Below, in pieces: positions 44,778 to 54,397 of a DNA stretch of 64,000 bases (position 1 is the first letter of the stretch; every line of letters starts with the position of its first letter). A program made the position numbers and the translations under genes. The notes beneath the pieces are model-generated. The model did not search any database. It saw nothing but the letters and a program-made list of their open reading frames with translations, and was not told the DNA's origin. The stretch comes from an uncultured Acidobacteriota bacterium (GTDB lineage Bacteria > Acidobacteriota > Terriglobia > Acidiferrales > UBA7541), in assembly GCA_963812645.1 (NCBI GenBank), contig CAWEVU010000003.1:98071-162070 (forward strand), read 5' to 3'.

Positions 44778-46388
44778 TCAGGGTTGCGGAGTCGTCAGCG
44801 ACTGCCGCTGCGCGACGATCTTGCGGGCGTTCTCGTAAAGAGCCTTGGCGCGCGGGATGGCGTTGATGGCTTCTCCGAGCTGCGGATCGTTCTCCAGCTC
44901 GACTTTATACCCATCATTTACGCCGAATACCGAAGTGAGAACCTCGCGCTTAATGCGCCATTTCAACCAGTCGAGATTGGTCTTAATGTCGTCGTCGCTG
45001 TAGCGGATGTGTTCTTTGTCCAGGTAGTGCTTGAGTTCGTTGATGACCGCGTCGTCGGTCGCAAAGTTCTTCGAAATCTCCGGCTTTTGGCCAAGATACG
45101 ATTTCGTGAAGTCGCCCACGCCTTGCGGGAATGGGTAAAAAACTCCGCGGCGGATCAGCGTCTCCTGGAACGGCGTATTCTTTGGCGCGGGTACGACGAT
45201 ATCCGGCGTGATGCCGCCCTCGCCGAATACCTGGCGGCCGCTGTCAGTCAATTTTACTTCCGGCTGGCGCGGCGGCTTGGGATTGTAGTGATAGTCATAG
45301 AGCGAAACGTTCTTGTAATCGCGCTGAATCAGGCGGCCGCTGGGCGTGTAGTAGCGCGCCACGGTTAGGAGCATGGCAGTATTTTCGCTTAGAGGGAATT
45401 GCGTCTGGACGAGGCCCTTGCCAAAGCTGGTCTCGCCGACGACCAAGCCGCGATCATGATCCTGCATCGCTCCTGCAACGATTTCCGAGGCGGAAGCGCT
45501 CTGTCCATTGATCAGCACGATCAGCGGAACCGTCACTCCCTGGTTGCCGCGAACCGCGTAAAACCTGCGTTCCGGAGCGGAGCGTCCGTGGAAGGAAACA
45601 ACGAGCTGGTTCTTCTCGAGGAACATGTCGCCGATGCCCACTGCCTGCTGCAGCAAGCCGCCGCCATTGCCGCGCACGTCGAGAATCATGCCGTCGAGTT
45701 TCGCGACATCCAGATCCTTGAGCGCGGTGGCAAGATCCGAATCCGTGGTCTCATTGAACGCCGAAACTCGCGCGTAGCCGATGCCCGGCTTCACCAGAGT
45801 ATAGAAATCGACGCCGGGGCGGGGAATTTCATCGCGGGTCACGCTGACTTCGATCGGCTTCTCCCAGCCTTCGCGGCCCAGCGTGATTTTCACCTGGGTG
45901 CCCTTGGGGCCCTTCAAAAGCTCCGCTACTTGTCCGGTGTCGAGACCTTCGCAGGACTTATCGTCCACTTTCAGAATGATGTCGCCGGGCCGGATACCGG
46001 CCTTGTACGCCGGTGAGCCGAACATCGGAGCGACCACATAGGTATAGTTCTCGCGCGGCGCAACGGTCATGCCCACGCCGTAATAGCGGCCTTGCTGCTC
46101 TTCCTTGAAGCTGGCGTATTGCTTGGGATCGAAGAAATAGGAGTGCGGATCGAGAACGCGCAGCATGTTGGGAATGGCGCCGTCGTAAACGGCCTTATCC
46201 GTGTCAACCGGCGTGGCGTAATTGTGCTCGACGATCGAGAGCACCTTCGTGAACATCCGGTAGGAATCCTGGATGTCTCCGGCGCTGGCTCCAGTGGCGC
46301 GTACGGGGCGACCGTAAAATCCGCCGGCGATCGCGGAGATTGCCAGCACGCCGATAAAAAGAAACAGCCCGCGTTTTGGTGATTCCAT
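44778..46388 (-). CDS. S41-family carboxy-terminal processing peptidase (PDZ domain)
   Basis: 536 aa from the internal ATG (MESPKRGLFLFIGVLAI...). It has a PDZ domain (GIRPGDIILKVD) and the catalytic region (NGQSASASEIVAGA...GKGLVQ). Confidence 0.9.
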   Translation of the reverse strand: MESPKRGLFLFIGVLAISAIAGGFYGRPVRATGASAGDIQDSYRMFTKVLSIVEHNYATPVDTDKAVYDGAIPNMLRVLDPHSYFFDPKQYASFKEEQQGRYYGVGMTVAPRENYTYVVAPMFGSPAYKAGIRPGDIILKVDDKSCEGLDTGQVAELLKGPKGTQVKITLGREGWEKPIEVSVTRDEIPRPGVDFYTLVKPGIGYARVSAFNETTDSDLATALKDLDVAKLDGMILDVRGNGGGLLQQAVGIGDMFLEKNQLVVSFHGRSAPERRFYAVRGNQGVTVPLIVLINGQSASASEIVAGAMQDHDRGLVVGETSFGKGLVQTQFPLSENTAMLLTVARYYTPSGRLIQRDYKNVSLYDYHYNPKPPRQPEVKLTDSGRQVFGEGGITPDIVVPAPKNTPFQETLIRRGVFYPFPQGVGDFTKSYLGQKPEISKNFATDDAVINELKHYLDKEHIRYSDDDIKTNLDWLKWRIKREVLTSVFGVNDGYKVELENDPQLGEAINAIPRAKALYENARKIVAQRQSLTTPQP

Positions 46389-46503
46389 CTTGTCTAGTTC
46401 CTCCGCGCCCCTCACCGAGTGAGTATAACATACAAGATTGGGCCAATTTGACAGCGCTCTGGCCCTACTCTATGATGCATTCGCACGCCGAAATGCCACC
46501 TCG

Positions 46504-46950
46504 ATGCTCAGTATTCCTCACCTAATCATCATCTTTTTGGTTGCCCTGGTCGTATTCGGGCCTCAAAAACTGCCTGAATTGGCGCGGACATTGGGCAAGC
46601 TGATGGCTGAATTTCGCAAGGCGACGGGTGATTTGCGTTCCACTTTTGACGAGCATATGCGCGAGCTCGAGCTTGAAGCGCAACGTCTCGACCTGCAGAA
46701 GCGCGAACTAGAACTAGCTCGCCAGCAATCGCAGCAACGCGCGCAGCAGTCGAACGCGCCGCCGCAGCAGTCGTTGCTGCCCGCGGCCGTTGATCAGAGT
46801 GCCCAGACGGGTACTCCTCAGCAGGCCGAACTTCCGCTCAATGGGACGGCAGCCCCGGTTTCGGCGCCGCCGGAAACTGTGCCGCGCGGGCGAGCCAATC
46901 CCCATTCCGGGCCCGATGTCGCGCCCGATTCTTCATCTGATGGCCACTGA
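46504..46950 (+). CDS. tatA: twin-arginine translocase TatA/TatB-family protein
   Basis: 148 aa from the ATG at 46504. The sequence MLSIPHLIIIFLVALVVFGPQKLPELARTLGK is followed by an amphipathic helix and a Q/P-rich tail. Confidence 0.85.
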   Translation: MLSIPHLIIIFLVALVVFGPQKLPELARTLGKLMAEFRKATGDLRSTFDEHMRELELEAQRLDLQKRELELARQQSQQRAQQSNAPPQQSLLPAAVDQSAQTGTPQQAELPLNGTAAPVSAPPETVPRGRANPHSGPDVAPDSSSDGH

Positions 46951-47822
46951 TGGACGATCCCAACCAGCCTGAGATTTCCAGCGAACAGCCGGTAGCGGTC
47001 CAGCCGCTGCCATCACCTGCCGCTGCGCCCGCGGCTACTTCGCCTAAGCGCGAAGAGGAAGAAGGCGGGCGGATGTCGTTCTTCGATCATTTGGTCGAGC
47101 TCCGGAAACGAATAATTCATTCCGCGATCGCGATTTTGATCGGAATGGTGATCGGCCTGACCATTTCGGAGAAAGTATTCGGATACCTCGCGCGGCCCAT
47201 GTTGGCCGCTTTGCACAATGCGCATCTGGAAGAGAAGCTCATTTACACGAGCCCCACGGGCGCGATCAGCCTGATCATCACGTTGGGACTTTACCTCGGG
47301 ATCGTGATCGCGCTGCCGGTAGTGCTTTACGAAATCTGGCTGTTCATCGCTCCGGGACTCTATCGCCACGAGCGCCGCGCCGTCTCGCTGTTCGTGTTTT
47401 CCTCGATGTTTCTGTTCCTCGGCGGAGTCGCGTTCGGATATTTCATCAGCTTGCCCTACGTGCTGAAGTTCCTGATCGGATTTCAGGGGCCGTTCAAGCC
47501 GCTGATCAGCATCAACGAATATTTCGACATGATTTTGATCGTGCTGTTGGGCCTCGGGATCATTTTCGAGTTGCCTGTGCTGATTTTTTGCCTCTCGCTC
47601 TTTGGCATCGTGACGCCGAAATTCTTGTGGAAGAATTTCCGCTACGCCATTTTGGTGATTACGATTCTGGCCGCAATCGTTACTCCGACGCCAGACGCCA
47701 CGACAATGGTAATCTTCATGGGCGTAATGACGCTGCTTTACGTGCTAGGGATCGGCGTTTCGTATTTGGTGGTGAGAAAGAAGCGGCGCACGCAAGCTGC
47801 CGCAGGGGAAGGGACGACTTAG
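46950..47822 (+). CDS. tatC: twin-arginine translocase subunit TatC
   Basis: 290 aa with six TM helices. Conserved motifs include FFDHLVELRKR and SPTGA. The start overlaps the tatA stop (TGATG). Confidence 0.9.
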   Translation: MDDPNQPEISSEQPVAVQPLPSPAAAPAATSPKREEEEGGRMSFFDHLVELRKRIIHSAIAILIGMVIGLTISEKVFGYLARPMLAALHNAHLEEKLIYTSPTGAISLIITLGLYLGIVIALPVVLYEIWLFIAPGLYRHERRAVSLFVFSSMFLFLGGVAFGYFISLPYVLKFLIGFQGPFKPLISINEYFDMILIVLLGLGIIFELPVLIFCLSLFGIVTPKFLWKNFRYAILVITILAAIVTPTPDATTMVIFMGVMTLLYVLGIGVSYLVVRKKRRTQAAAGEGTT

Positions 47823-47826
47823 GCGC

Positions 47827-48828
47827 ATGAAGCGACGCACAATCGGACCTACCGTAGCGCTGGGGGCGGGGTTTCTCGCGGTATTCCTATTTGCGTGCGG
47901 GAATGGAGCGCCGAAGGAAGGGAATTCGTCGCCCGCGACCACGCAACCAGCGCAGGCCGCTGCGCCCGCTGTTGCGCTGTCTGATGCGTTGCCGGCTGAT
48001 AAGACCGGAGGTTTCGACGGGGCGCGCGCCTTCGATCATGTCGCGAAACTAGTCGCCATCGGGCCCCGCCCCCCGGATTCAGATGGGATTCACCGCGAGC
48101 AGGAATACATTCACGCGCAACTGAAGAGTTTCGGCTGCACGGTCGAGGACGATGACTTCCACGCCTCAACGCCCATCGGCTCGGTGGCCATGAAGAATAT
48201 CGTTGCCAAGATTCCCGGCAACACGCCGGACATCATTCTCCTCATGACGCACTACGACACGCTGAAGAAGGAGGGATTCGTAGGAGCCGAGGACAGCGCG
48301 TCGTCGACGGGGCTGATGCTCGAGATGGCGCGCCTGCTTTGCTCGAAAAAGCAGCATCTCGGCGTGTGGATCGCTTTCGTGGATGGCGAAGAGGCTTTCG
48401 TAGATTGGAACACGGATAACGACAACACGTACGGATCGCGCCAATTGGCGGCGCGCATGGCCCTGGCCGATGAGCTCAAGCACGTAAAGGCTTTAATGCT
48501 TGCCGATATGATCGGTCAAAAGGACCCTCATTTTGAACGCGACTCGAATTCGACGGGATGGCTTGTGAATCTTGTGTGGTCCACGGCTGCCAAGCTCGGG
48601 TATCAGGAGATATTCGTTTCACGCGAATCGGCTACGGAGGACGATCACTTGTCCTTCACCTCACGCCACGTGGCTTCCGTAGACATCATCGACTTGAACG
48701 ATTACATACAGCTCGGCTACTGGCATACCAGCGAGGACACGCTCGACAAAGTCAGCGCCAGGAGCATCGGCATCGTCGGCCATGTAATCCTCGCCACCAT
48801 CGACGATCTGCAAACGCGACCTCACTAG
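47827..48828 (+). CDS. M28-family metallopeptidase (lipoprotein-like signal)
   Basis: 333 aa with a signal peptide and Cys (FLFAC). M28 motifs are present: THYDT, GAEDSASSTG, DGEE, and H near the C-terminus. Confidence 0.8.
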   Translation: MKRRTIGPTVALGAGFLAVFLFACGNGAPKEGNSSPATTQPAQAAAPAVALSDALPADKTGGFDGARAFDHVAKLVAIGPRPPDSDGIHREQEYIHAQLKSFGCTVEDDDFHASTPIGSVAMKNIVAKIPGNTPDIILLMTHYDTLKKEGFVGAEDSASSTGLMLEMARLLCSKKQHLGVWIAFVDGEEAFVDWNTDNDNTYGSRQLAARMALADELKHVKALMLADMIGQKDPHFERDSNSTGWLVNLVWSTAAKLGYQEIFVSRESATEDDHLSFTSRHVASVDIIDLNDYIQLGYWHTSEDTLDKVSARSIGIVGHVILATIDDLQTRPH

Positions 48829-48895
48829 GACGCCGGCGGTACCAATTCGTGGCGAAGAGTGCGTGCACGAATTGTGCTACATTCATGCCGAAGCT

Positions 48896-50005
48896 ATGGA
48901 AACCATCGCCGTTCGTTCGAGTTCGGGCTCCTATCCAGTCATCTGCGGCCGCGGTGCGCTTCGCCGCCTCCGGCCATTGCTCGCGCGGCTCGATGATTGC
49001 ACGGGGATCTTCATCGTCACTTCGCGGCGCGTCTGGTCGCATTGCGGCTCTCGAATCGCGGCTGCTCTCCGGGGAACGCGGAAGAACCGCCCGATCTTTA
49101 TAAATGATGCCGAGCACGCGAAAAATCTGGAAACGGTGCAAGGCATATACAGGGAATTGACGCGCGCCGGCGCCGATCGACATTCGGTGATCGTCGCGGT
49201 CGGTGGCGGAGTGGTCGGCGACGTTGCTGGATTCGCAGCCGCGACCTACCTCCGCGGCGTGCGCCTCGTTCAAGTGCCGACAACTCTCGTAGCTCAGATT
49301 GACAGCTCCATCGGCGGGAAAACTGGCGTGAATTTACCGCAGGGGAAGAACCTGATCGGCGCGTTCTATCCGCCGCAGTTTGTGATCGCCGATCCGGAGC
49401 TGCTGCGATCGCTCCCGGCTCGCCAATATCGTTCGGCGCTTTATGAAGTCATCAAATATGGCGTCATCGGCGACATCGATTTGTTCGAATACCTCGAGCG
49501 CAGTATGCCCATCGTTCTGCGCCGCGGTGCAAAGGCGCTGGACTGGATCATCCGCCGGTGTGTCCGAGCGAAAGCTGTCGTGGTTTCGCGCGATGAGAAA
49601 GAGTCCGGGCTGCGGCAGATCTTGAACTTCGGACATACGTTTGGCCACGCCCTCGAGGCCGCGACGGATTACCGCCGTTTCCTGCATGGCGAGGCCGTCG
49701 GATGGGGAATGCTCGTCGCGACCATTGCGAGCCTGGTGATGCGGCGGATCAAGATAGATGAATCGATGCGCGTCGCAAATCTCATCCTGAGTGTGGGTTT
49801 GCTCCCCGGCTGGCGCGGAGTGGATGCCCGGCGCATTTTGAAAAGCATGCAGACCGACAAGAAGGCGCACGCCGGAAGCGTCCGGTGGGTGCTGCCGCGT
49901 CGCGTCGGCGAAATCGAATGGGGCGTCGAGCTCAAGCCGCCATTGACGCCAGGTGCGGTTCGCGAAATTCCGAAGTTAGTGGCCGCCATCGGGGCGCGCC
50001 AGTGA
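48896..50005 (+). CDS. aroB: 3-dehydroquinate synthase
   Basis: 369 aa from the ATG at 48896. It begins METIAVRSSSGSYPVICG and contains GGGVVGDVAGFAAATYLRGV, GKNLIGAFYPP and HTFGHALE. Confidence 0.9.
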   Translation: METIAVRSSSGSYPVICGRGALRRLRPLLARLDDCTGIFIVTSRRVWSHCGSRIAAALRGTRKNRPIFINDAEHAKNLETVQGIYRELTRAGADRHSVIVAVGGGVVGDVAGFAAATYLRGVRLVQVPTTLVAQIDSSIGGKTGVNLPQGKNLIGAFYPPQFVIADPELLRSLPARQYRSALYEVIKYGVIGDIDLFEYLERSMPIVLRRGAKALDWIIRRCVRAKAVVVSRDEKESGLRQILNFGHTFGHALEAATDYRRFLHGEAVGWGMLVATIASLVMRRIKIDESMRVANLILSVGLLPGWRGVDARRILKSMQTDKKAHAGSVRWVLPRRVGEIEWGVELKPPLTPGAVREIPKLVAAIGARQ

Positions 50006-50823
50006 CCGCTTCACCGGCGGCCGAAAAATCGCCTGCGGATAGCAGCGACGCGCCAACAGTCGCGCCTGGGTCGCGCCCGGAAGGCACGCGCGACGAGCGC
50101 GAGGCCGGCGCCCGCGTGCGCGAAATGTTCGGCCGCATCGCCCCGAGTTACGATCTCCTGAATCACCTTCTCTCATTTTCGCTCGATCGCCTTTGGCGCC
50201 GCCGCACGGCCAAGCGCTTCTCCGCAATTCTCGGCCGCCCCGGCGCCCGCGTCCTTGATCTCTGCTGCGGCACGGGCGATCTAGCCTTTGGTCTGTCGCG
50301 GCGTGCCGTCGAACTTAACAAGACATCGGATGGCGCGTGCCGGGTGATCGGAAGCGACTTCGCCATCCCGATGGTCCTATTGGCTGCTCACAAAGGCCGC
50401 TCCGAGGGAAGTCCAGCGACGTTTCTCGCCGGCGATGCTCTCGCGCTTCCATTCGCGGCCGGAACATTCGATCTCGTGACCGCAGGGTTCGGCTTTCGCA
50501 ATCTGGCGAATTACAGGCGAGGCCTGACCGAAATTGCACGCGTGCTAAAGCCGGGCGGGGAAGTAGGCTTGCTCGAATTCACCGATCCACAACGCGGAAT
50601 CGGCGCCGCCGCCTTTCGCTTCTATTTTCGCCGCATCCTACCGCGCATCGGCGGCGCGATCTCCGGCGACGCGCACGCTTACAAGTACCTGCCAAACTCA
50701 GTTTCCAAATTTCCGCCGCCAGAAGGGCTAGCCGAATGGATGAAAACCGCAGGATTCACCGAGGTAAGTTTCAAGCGATGGAATTTCGGCAGCGTGGCCC
50801 TGCACACCGGCAGAAAACCGTGA
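50002..50823 (+). CDS. ubiE: demethylmenaquinone/ubiquinone methyltransferase (UbiE/MenG)
   Basis: The GTG at 50002 overlaps the aroB stop (GTGA). Conserved segments include VREMFGRIAPSYDLLNHLLSF, the SAM motif VLDLCCGTGD, and YKYLPNSV. Confidence 0.85.
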   Translation: MTASPAAEKSPADSSDAPTVAPGSRPEGTRDEREAGARVREMFGRIAPSYDLLNHLLSFSLDRLWRRRTAKRFSAILGRPGARVLDLCCGTGDLAFGLSRRAVELNKTSDGACRVIGSDFAIPMVLLAAHKGRSEGSPATFLAGDALALPFAAGTFDLVTAGFGFRNLANYRRGLTEIARVLKPGGEVGLLEFTDPQRGIGAAAFRFYFRRILPRIGGAISGDAHAYKYLPNSVSKFPPPEGLAEWMKTAGFTEVSFKRWNFGSVALHTGRKP

Positions 50824-50922
50824 AGCACATCGAAGGCAGGTCGTAGGGGCGTCCGCCTAGGCGGACTGCGCCCGCCAACGTATGAACTGGCTGCGTCGCA
50901 TTCACTACCCGTAGGTGAGCTT

Positions 50923-52335
50923 CTAATTCTCGAGATTCAATGTGCGGATCTTGTGCAGCAGCGTCTTGTACGAAACTCCCAATTTCTCAGCCGCCCGCGT
51001 CTTGTTCCACTTCGATTCCCGCAGCGCATTCTCAATCTTGTATCTCTCCACATGCGCCACGGCCCGCTGCGACACTTCCTCCAGCGGCCCTTCCCAAAGA
51101 AATTCGTCGCGCAACATACCTTCGGGCATCTGATCCCGGTCAGGACGCGCTGCCGGAAGCTGCAATCCCGGAACGTCAATCTCCGCGCCATTTGAGAGAA
51201 TGGCCGCCCTCTCGATGGCGTTTTGCAACTCGCGGACGTTTCCGGGCCAGGGATAAGTCCGCAGCCGCGCAATCGTCGCCGCGCTCATAGTCAGACCCGG
51301 CTTTCGAAATTCCCGCCGGAAGCGCTCAAGGAAATGTTCGGCAAGCAACAAAACGTCGTCGCCGCGGTCGCGCAACGGCGGAATCGTAATCGGCACAGCC
51401 GAAATCCGGAAGTACAGGTCCTCGCGAAAGACCTTCTCCGCAACCAGCCCCTGCAAATCCCGATTGGTCGCCGTAATCAGCCGCACATCCACGCCAACAG
51501 TCATCGTTCCGCCGACGCGCTCGAACTGCCGCTCCTCGAGCACGCGCAAAAGCTTGCTCTGAATCGCCGCAGGCAAATCGCCAATCTCATCAAGAAAAAT
51601 CGTGCCACGGTGCGCCAGCTCGATCTTCCCGATTTTCCGGGCACCCGCCCCCGTAAAGGCTCCGCGCTCATGCCCGAACAACTCATTTTCGACAAGCCCC
51701 TCGGGAATAGCCGCGCAGTTCAGCGCCACGAAAGCCTGCTCGCGTCGCGGACTCAAATGATGCAGCGCCCGTGCGAAAAGCTCTTTGCCTGTACCGCTCT
51801 CGCCGAGCAGCAACACCGTCGCGTCGGTCGCGGCCACGCGCTGCACCACTTGGCTCGCTTCCTGCATCGCCGCGTGTTCGCCGACGATCCTCGGAAACCC
51901 ATACCGCTCCGAATATTCTTCGCGCAGAAGCAAATTCTCGCGCAACAGTTCCTGCTGCTTTGCCGCCCGCTCCAACAAAATCTTCAAATGATCGAGATCC
52001 ACGGGCTTCTGAATGAAGTCGAATGCGCCTTCCTTCATCGCCGTGACAGCTTCTTCGACCGATCCATAGGCCGTGACCAGAATTACGGGCAGGGCACCGT
52101 CCACGCGCCGTGCCTCGCGCAAAACATCGATTCCAGAATGTCCGGGAAGTTTTAAATCCGAGAGAACAAAAAGGTAGCGCCGCGCACGAACTTTATCGAT
52201 CGCGGCACTTCCGTCGGGCGCCTCATCGACTGAATAGCCGGAGCGCTCCAGAAACTTGCGCAGCATCGCGCGCAATTCGGCCTTGTCTTCGACGAGAAGG
52301 ACAGGTTCCATTTCAAGAGGGCCTAGCGCGCCCAT
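50923..52335 (-). CDS. NtrC-family sigma-54-dependent response regulator
   Basis: 470 aa with a REC domain, Walker A GESGTGKE, the GAFTGA motif, and a C-terminal HTH. GGAGG lies 8 nt before the ATG at 52335. Confidence 0.9.
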   Translation of the reverse strand: MGALGPLEMEPVLLVEDKAELRAMLRKFLERSGYSVDEAPDGSAAIDKVRARRYLFVLSDLKLPGHSGIDVLREARRVDGALPVILVTAYGSVEEAVTAMKEGAFDFIQKPVDLDHLKILLERAAKQQELLRENLLLREEYSERYGFPRIVGEHAAMQEASQVVQRVAATDATVLLLGESGTGKELFARALHHLSPRREQAFVALNCAAIPEGLVENELFGHERGAFTGAGARKIGKIELAHRGTIFLDEIGDLPAAIQSKLLRVLEERQFERVGGTMTVGVDVRLITATNRDLQGLVAEKVFREDLYFRISAVPITIPPLRDRGDDVLLLAEHFLERFRREFRKPGLTMSAATIARLRTYPWPGNVRELQNAIERAAILSNGAEIDVPGLQLPAARPDRDQMPEGMLRDEFLWEGPLEEVSQRAVAHVERYKIENALRESKWNKTRAAEKLGVSYKTLLHKIRTLNLEN

Positions 52336-52913
52336 CCCGGATCGCCTCCGGAATGCCGGAGCGCGTCTTCCAAATCGGAGATTGCCGCTTTGTCAGCAGC
52401 GAGGTCGGCCTGCTTCTTTTCGATTTTGTTCTGCTGGCTGATGATGTCGCTGCGCGTCACGCTCTGCTGCAATTGCTTATTGGGGTCGTTCGGGTAGTAG
52501 TTGAGCTGCAGGTTGCTCATCTCGCGCTGCAGGATATCGAGTGTGGCCTGGTCGCGGTCGAGCTTCGCGCGGGCCATGGCAAAGCGCGCGCGCCACGATT
52601 GTTCCTCCTGCGCCAGGCTCGGTTTCTTGTTCGCTGGAACCACCGGCGCGCCGGTGCTGTCGACGGCGGGCTCGGCCCCGACGACGTTCACCTCAGCGCC
52701 CGAAGGCAGATTATCGTTCGTGAAGACCTTGCTCGTTTTGGTTTCGGGCTTCTTAGCCTCGCGAGACTTGCGCGCAGCATCGGCCAGCGAGGGCGCCGGC
52801 TGGCTCTGCGCGGGCGGATTCTCGGGGGGCGCGCTCTGAGACTGTTGCGCGGCCGCGCCGTACGCTGCCAGAAGCACAATGGCTGCGGGAGCCACCAGGA
52901 TTCGTTTGCGCAT
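52323..52913 (-). CDS. secreted hypothetical protein (signal peptide, low-complexity region, coiled coil)
   Basis: 196 aa from the ATG at 52913. The sequence MRKRILVAPAAIVLLAAYGAAAQ is followed by a Q/P/S-rich region and a heptad-like C-terminus. The longer track ORF (to 53297) is antisense overlap. Confidence 0.5.
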   Translation of the reverse strand: MRKRILVAPAAIVLLAAYGAAAQQSQSAPPENPPAQSQPAPSLADAARKSREAKKPETKTSKVFTNDNLPSGAEVNVVGAEPAVDSTGAPVVPANKKPSLAQEEQSWRARFAMARAKLDRDQATLDILQREMSNLQLNYYPNDPNKQLQQSVTRSDIISQQNKIEKKQADLAADKAAISDLEDALRHSGGDPGWAR

Positions 52914-52956
52914 ACACACCGCCTTTCGGAGACCGTTTCCCGGAATACCCACTAGT

Positions 52957-54396
52957 TTAGATGCGGCTGGCCACCGGGACAAAGGCCGGGGCCACCGGCT
53001 CCTGTCGCAAAGGTAACCAGAGGATGAATTCCGCGCCGCCGTCCGGAAGATTGCGCGCCTCGATCGAGCCGCCGTGCTGCATCGCGACCTTCTGCACGAC
53101 GGCGAGGCCCAGCCCAGTGCCGTCGGATTTTGTGGTGTAGAAAGGCAGGAAAATTTTCGGTAGATCAGCGTCCGGAATGCCGGGACCATTGTCCGCCACC
53201 GAGATGCGCTGCCATTTGCGACCCGCGCGATCTTCGAACGACCCGGAAATCGTGACGCGCCCCTGCGCGCCGCGGCTACGAACCGCTTCCGCGGCATTGC
53301 GCGTCAGGTTCAAGAGCGCCTGCCTCAGCAACCCTTCATCGCCCGGAATTTCGGAGAAATCTCCGGCGGTCCGGATCGCGCAACCGGGAACGGCTTCCTG
53401 AATCTCATCCGCGACGCGCAGCACCAACGATTCGACGGGCAGCGTCTCGTAAGACAGCTCGAGCGGCTTGGCGAAGCGCAGGAATTCGGTAACCACATGA
53501 GTCAGCGCCCGCGTCTGCTCGAGGATGCGATCGGAATTCTCGAGCAATTCTCCGGGCGGCGCTTCCTGCCGGATCATCTGCGCGTAGCCGGAAATCGTGG
53601 CGAGAGCATTTTTGAATTCGTGAGCGATGCCTGCGGACATTTCACCGAGCGCCGCGAGATTCTCTTTCCAACGCACCTGGCGCTGCAAATCCGTGAGTTC
53701 AGTCAGATCGCTCATCAGGCAAAGCGCCCCGGTGATTTTGGCTTCTCGCGCGGCCATGGGAATCGCTCCGGCGTCCGTCGTGCGCACGTAGTTCGGGACC
53801 ACGCGCTCAATCGGCGAAATCGTCACGCCAAGCTGCCGCATTTCTCCGGAGGGCGTAACATGGCGGATCTCTCCGCGATGAATCGTTCGTCCTTCGCGTA
53901 AACATGCTCCGAGCAGATTGGCCAAATCGGAATCCGGATCGAGCACGTCCGTGTAGGAGCGGTATTGCAGCCCCGTCACGCCCAGCGCCGTTTCGGCCGC
54001 CGGATTTGCAGAAGTGATTGCGCCCTTGGCGCTCAACAGCAGCAGGCCAGTGGGCATGTTGCGCGTGACTTCCTCAGTGATGCGCTCGGATTCCCGCGCG
54101 CGTTCCTGTTCGATACGGTGCAGCCGGGCCAGCTCGCGTTCCTGGGCGCGCAGCTTCTCGATTACGCCCTGCATCGATGCGGCCATGAACGCGGACGGAT
54201 TGTCTTCGTTCGCTTTCGCCGCCGTCCAATCGCCTTTCGCATCCGCTTCATGCTCGCGCAGCAGCTTGCGAATGGCGGTGCCGATCGCCAGGGCGATACC
54301 GACGACGATCACGAACGACGCGCCGATCACCACCAGCGTGGTTGGCGAAACCGAGTGCGTGGCGGGCGCGAGGAGTAGGATGGCGGAAAGATTCAT
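52957..54396 (-). CDS. PAS-domain sensor histidine kinase (NtrB-like)
   Basis: 479 aa with one N-terminal TM helix and a PAS domain. It has an H-box (SAGIAHEFKNAL) and N/G boxes (LLNLTRNAAEA, DNGPGI, GTGLGLAVV). Confidence 0.85.
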   Translation of the reverse strand: MNLSAILLLAPATHSVSPTTLVVIGASFVIVVGIALAIGTAIRKLLREHEADAKGDWTAAKANEDNPSAFMAASMQGVIEKLRAQERELARLHRIEQERARESERITEEVTRNMPTGLLLLSAKGAITSANPAAETALGVTGLQYRSYTDVLDPDSDLANLLGACLREGRTIHRGEIRHVTPSGEMRQLGVTISPIERVVPNYVRTTDAGAIPMAAREAKITGALCLMSDLTELTDLQRQVRWKENLAALGEMSAGIAHEFKNALATISGYAQMIRQEAPPGELLENSDRILEQTRALTHVVTEFLRFAKPLELSYETLPVESLVLRVADEIQEAVPGCAIRTAGDFSEIPGDEGLLRQALLNLTRNAAEAVRSRGAQGRVTISGSFEDRAGRKWQRISVADNGPGIPDADLPKIFLPFYTTKSDGTGLGLAVVQKVAMQHGGSIEARNLPDGGAEFILWLPLRQEPVAPAFVPVASRI

Positions 54397-54397
54397 C

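Noticed and set aside
52914-53297. N-terminal 128 codons of the 324-aa ORF 52323-53297
   Set aside because: This portion is antisense to the 3' end of the histidine kinase gene. A clean signal peptide begins at the internal ATG 52913, so only 52323-52913 is kept.
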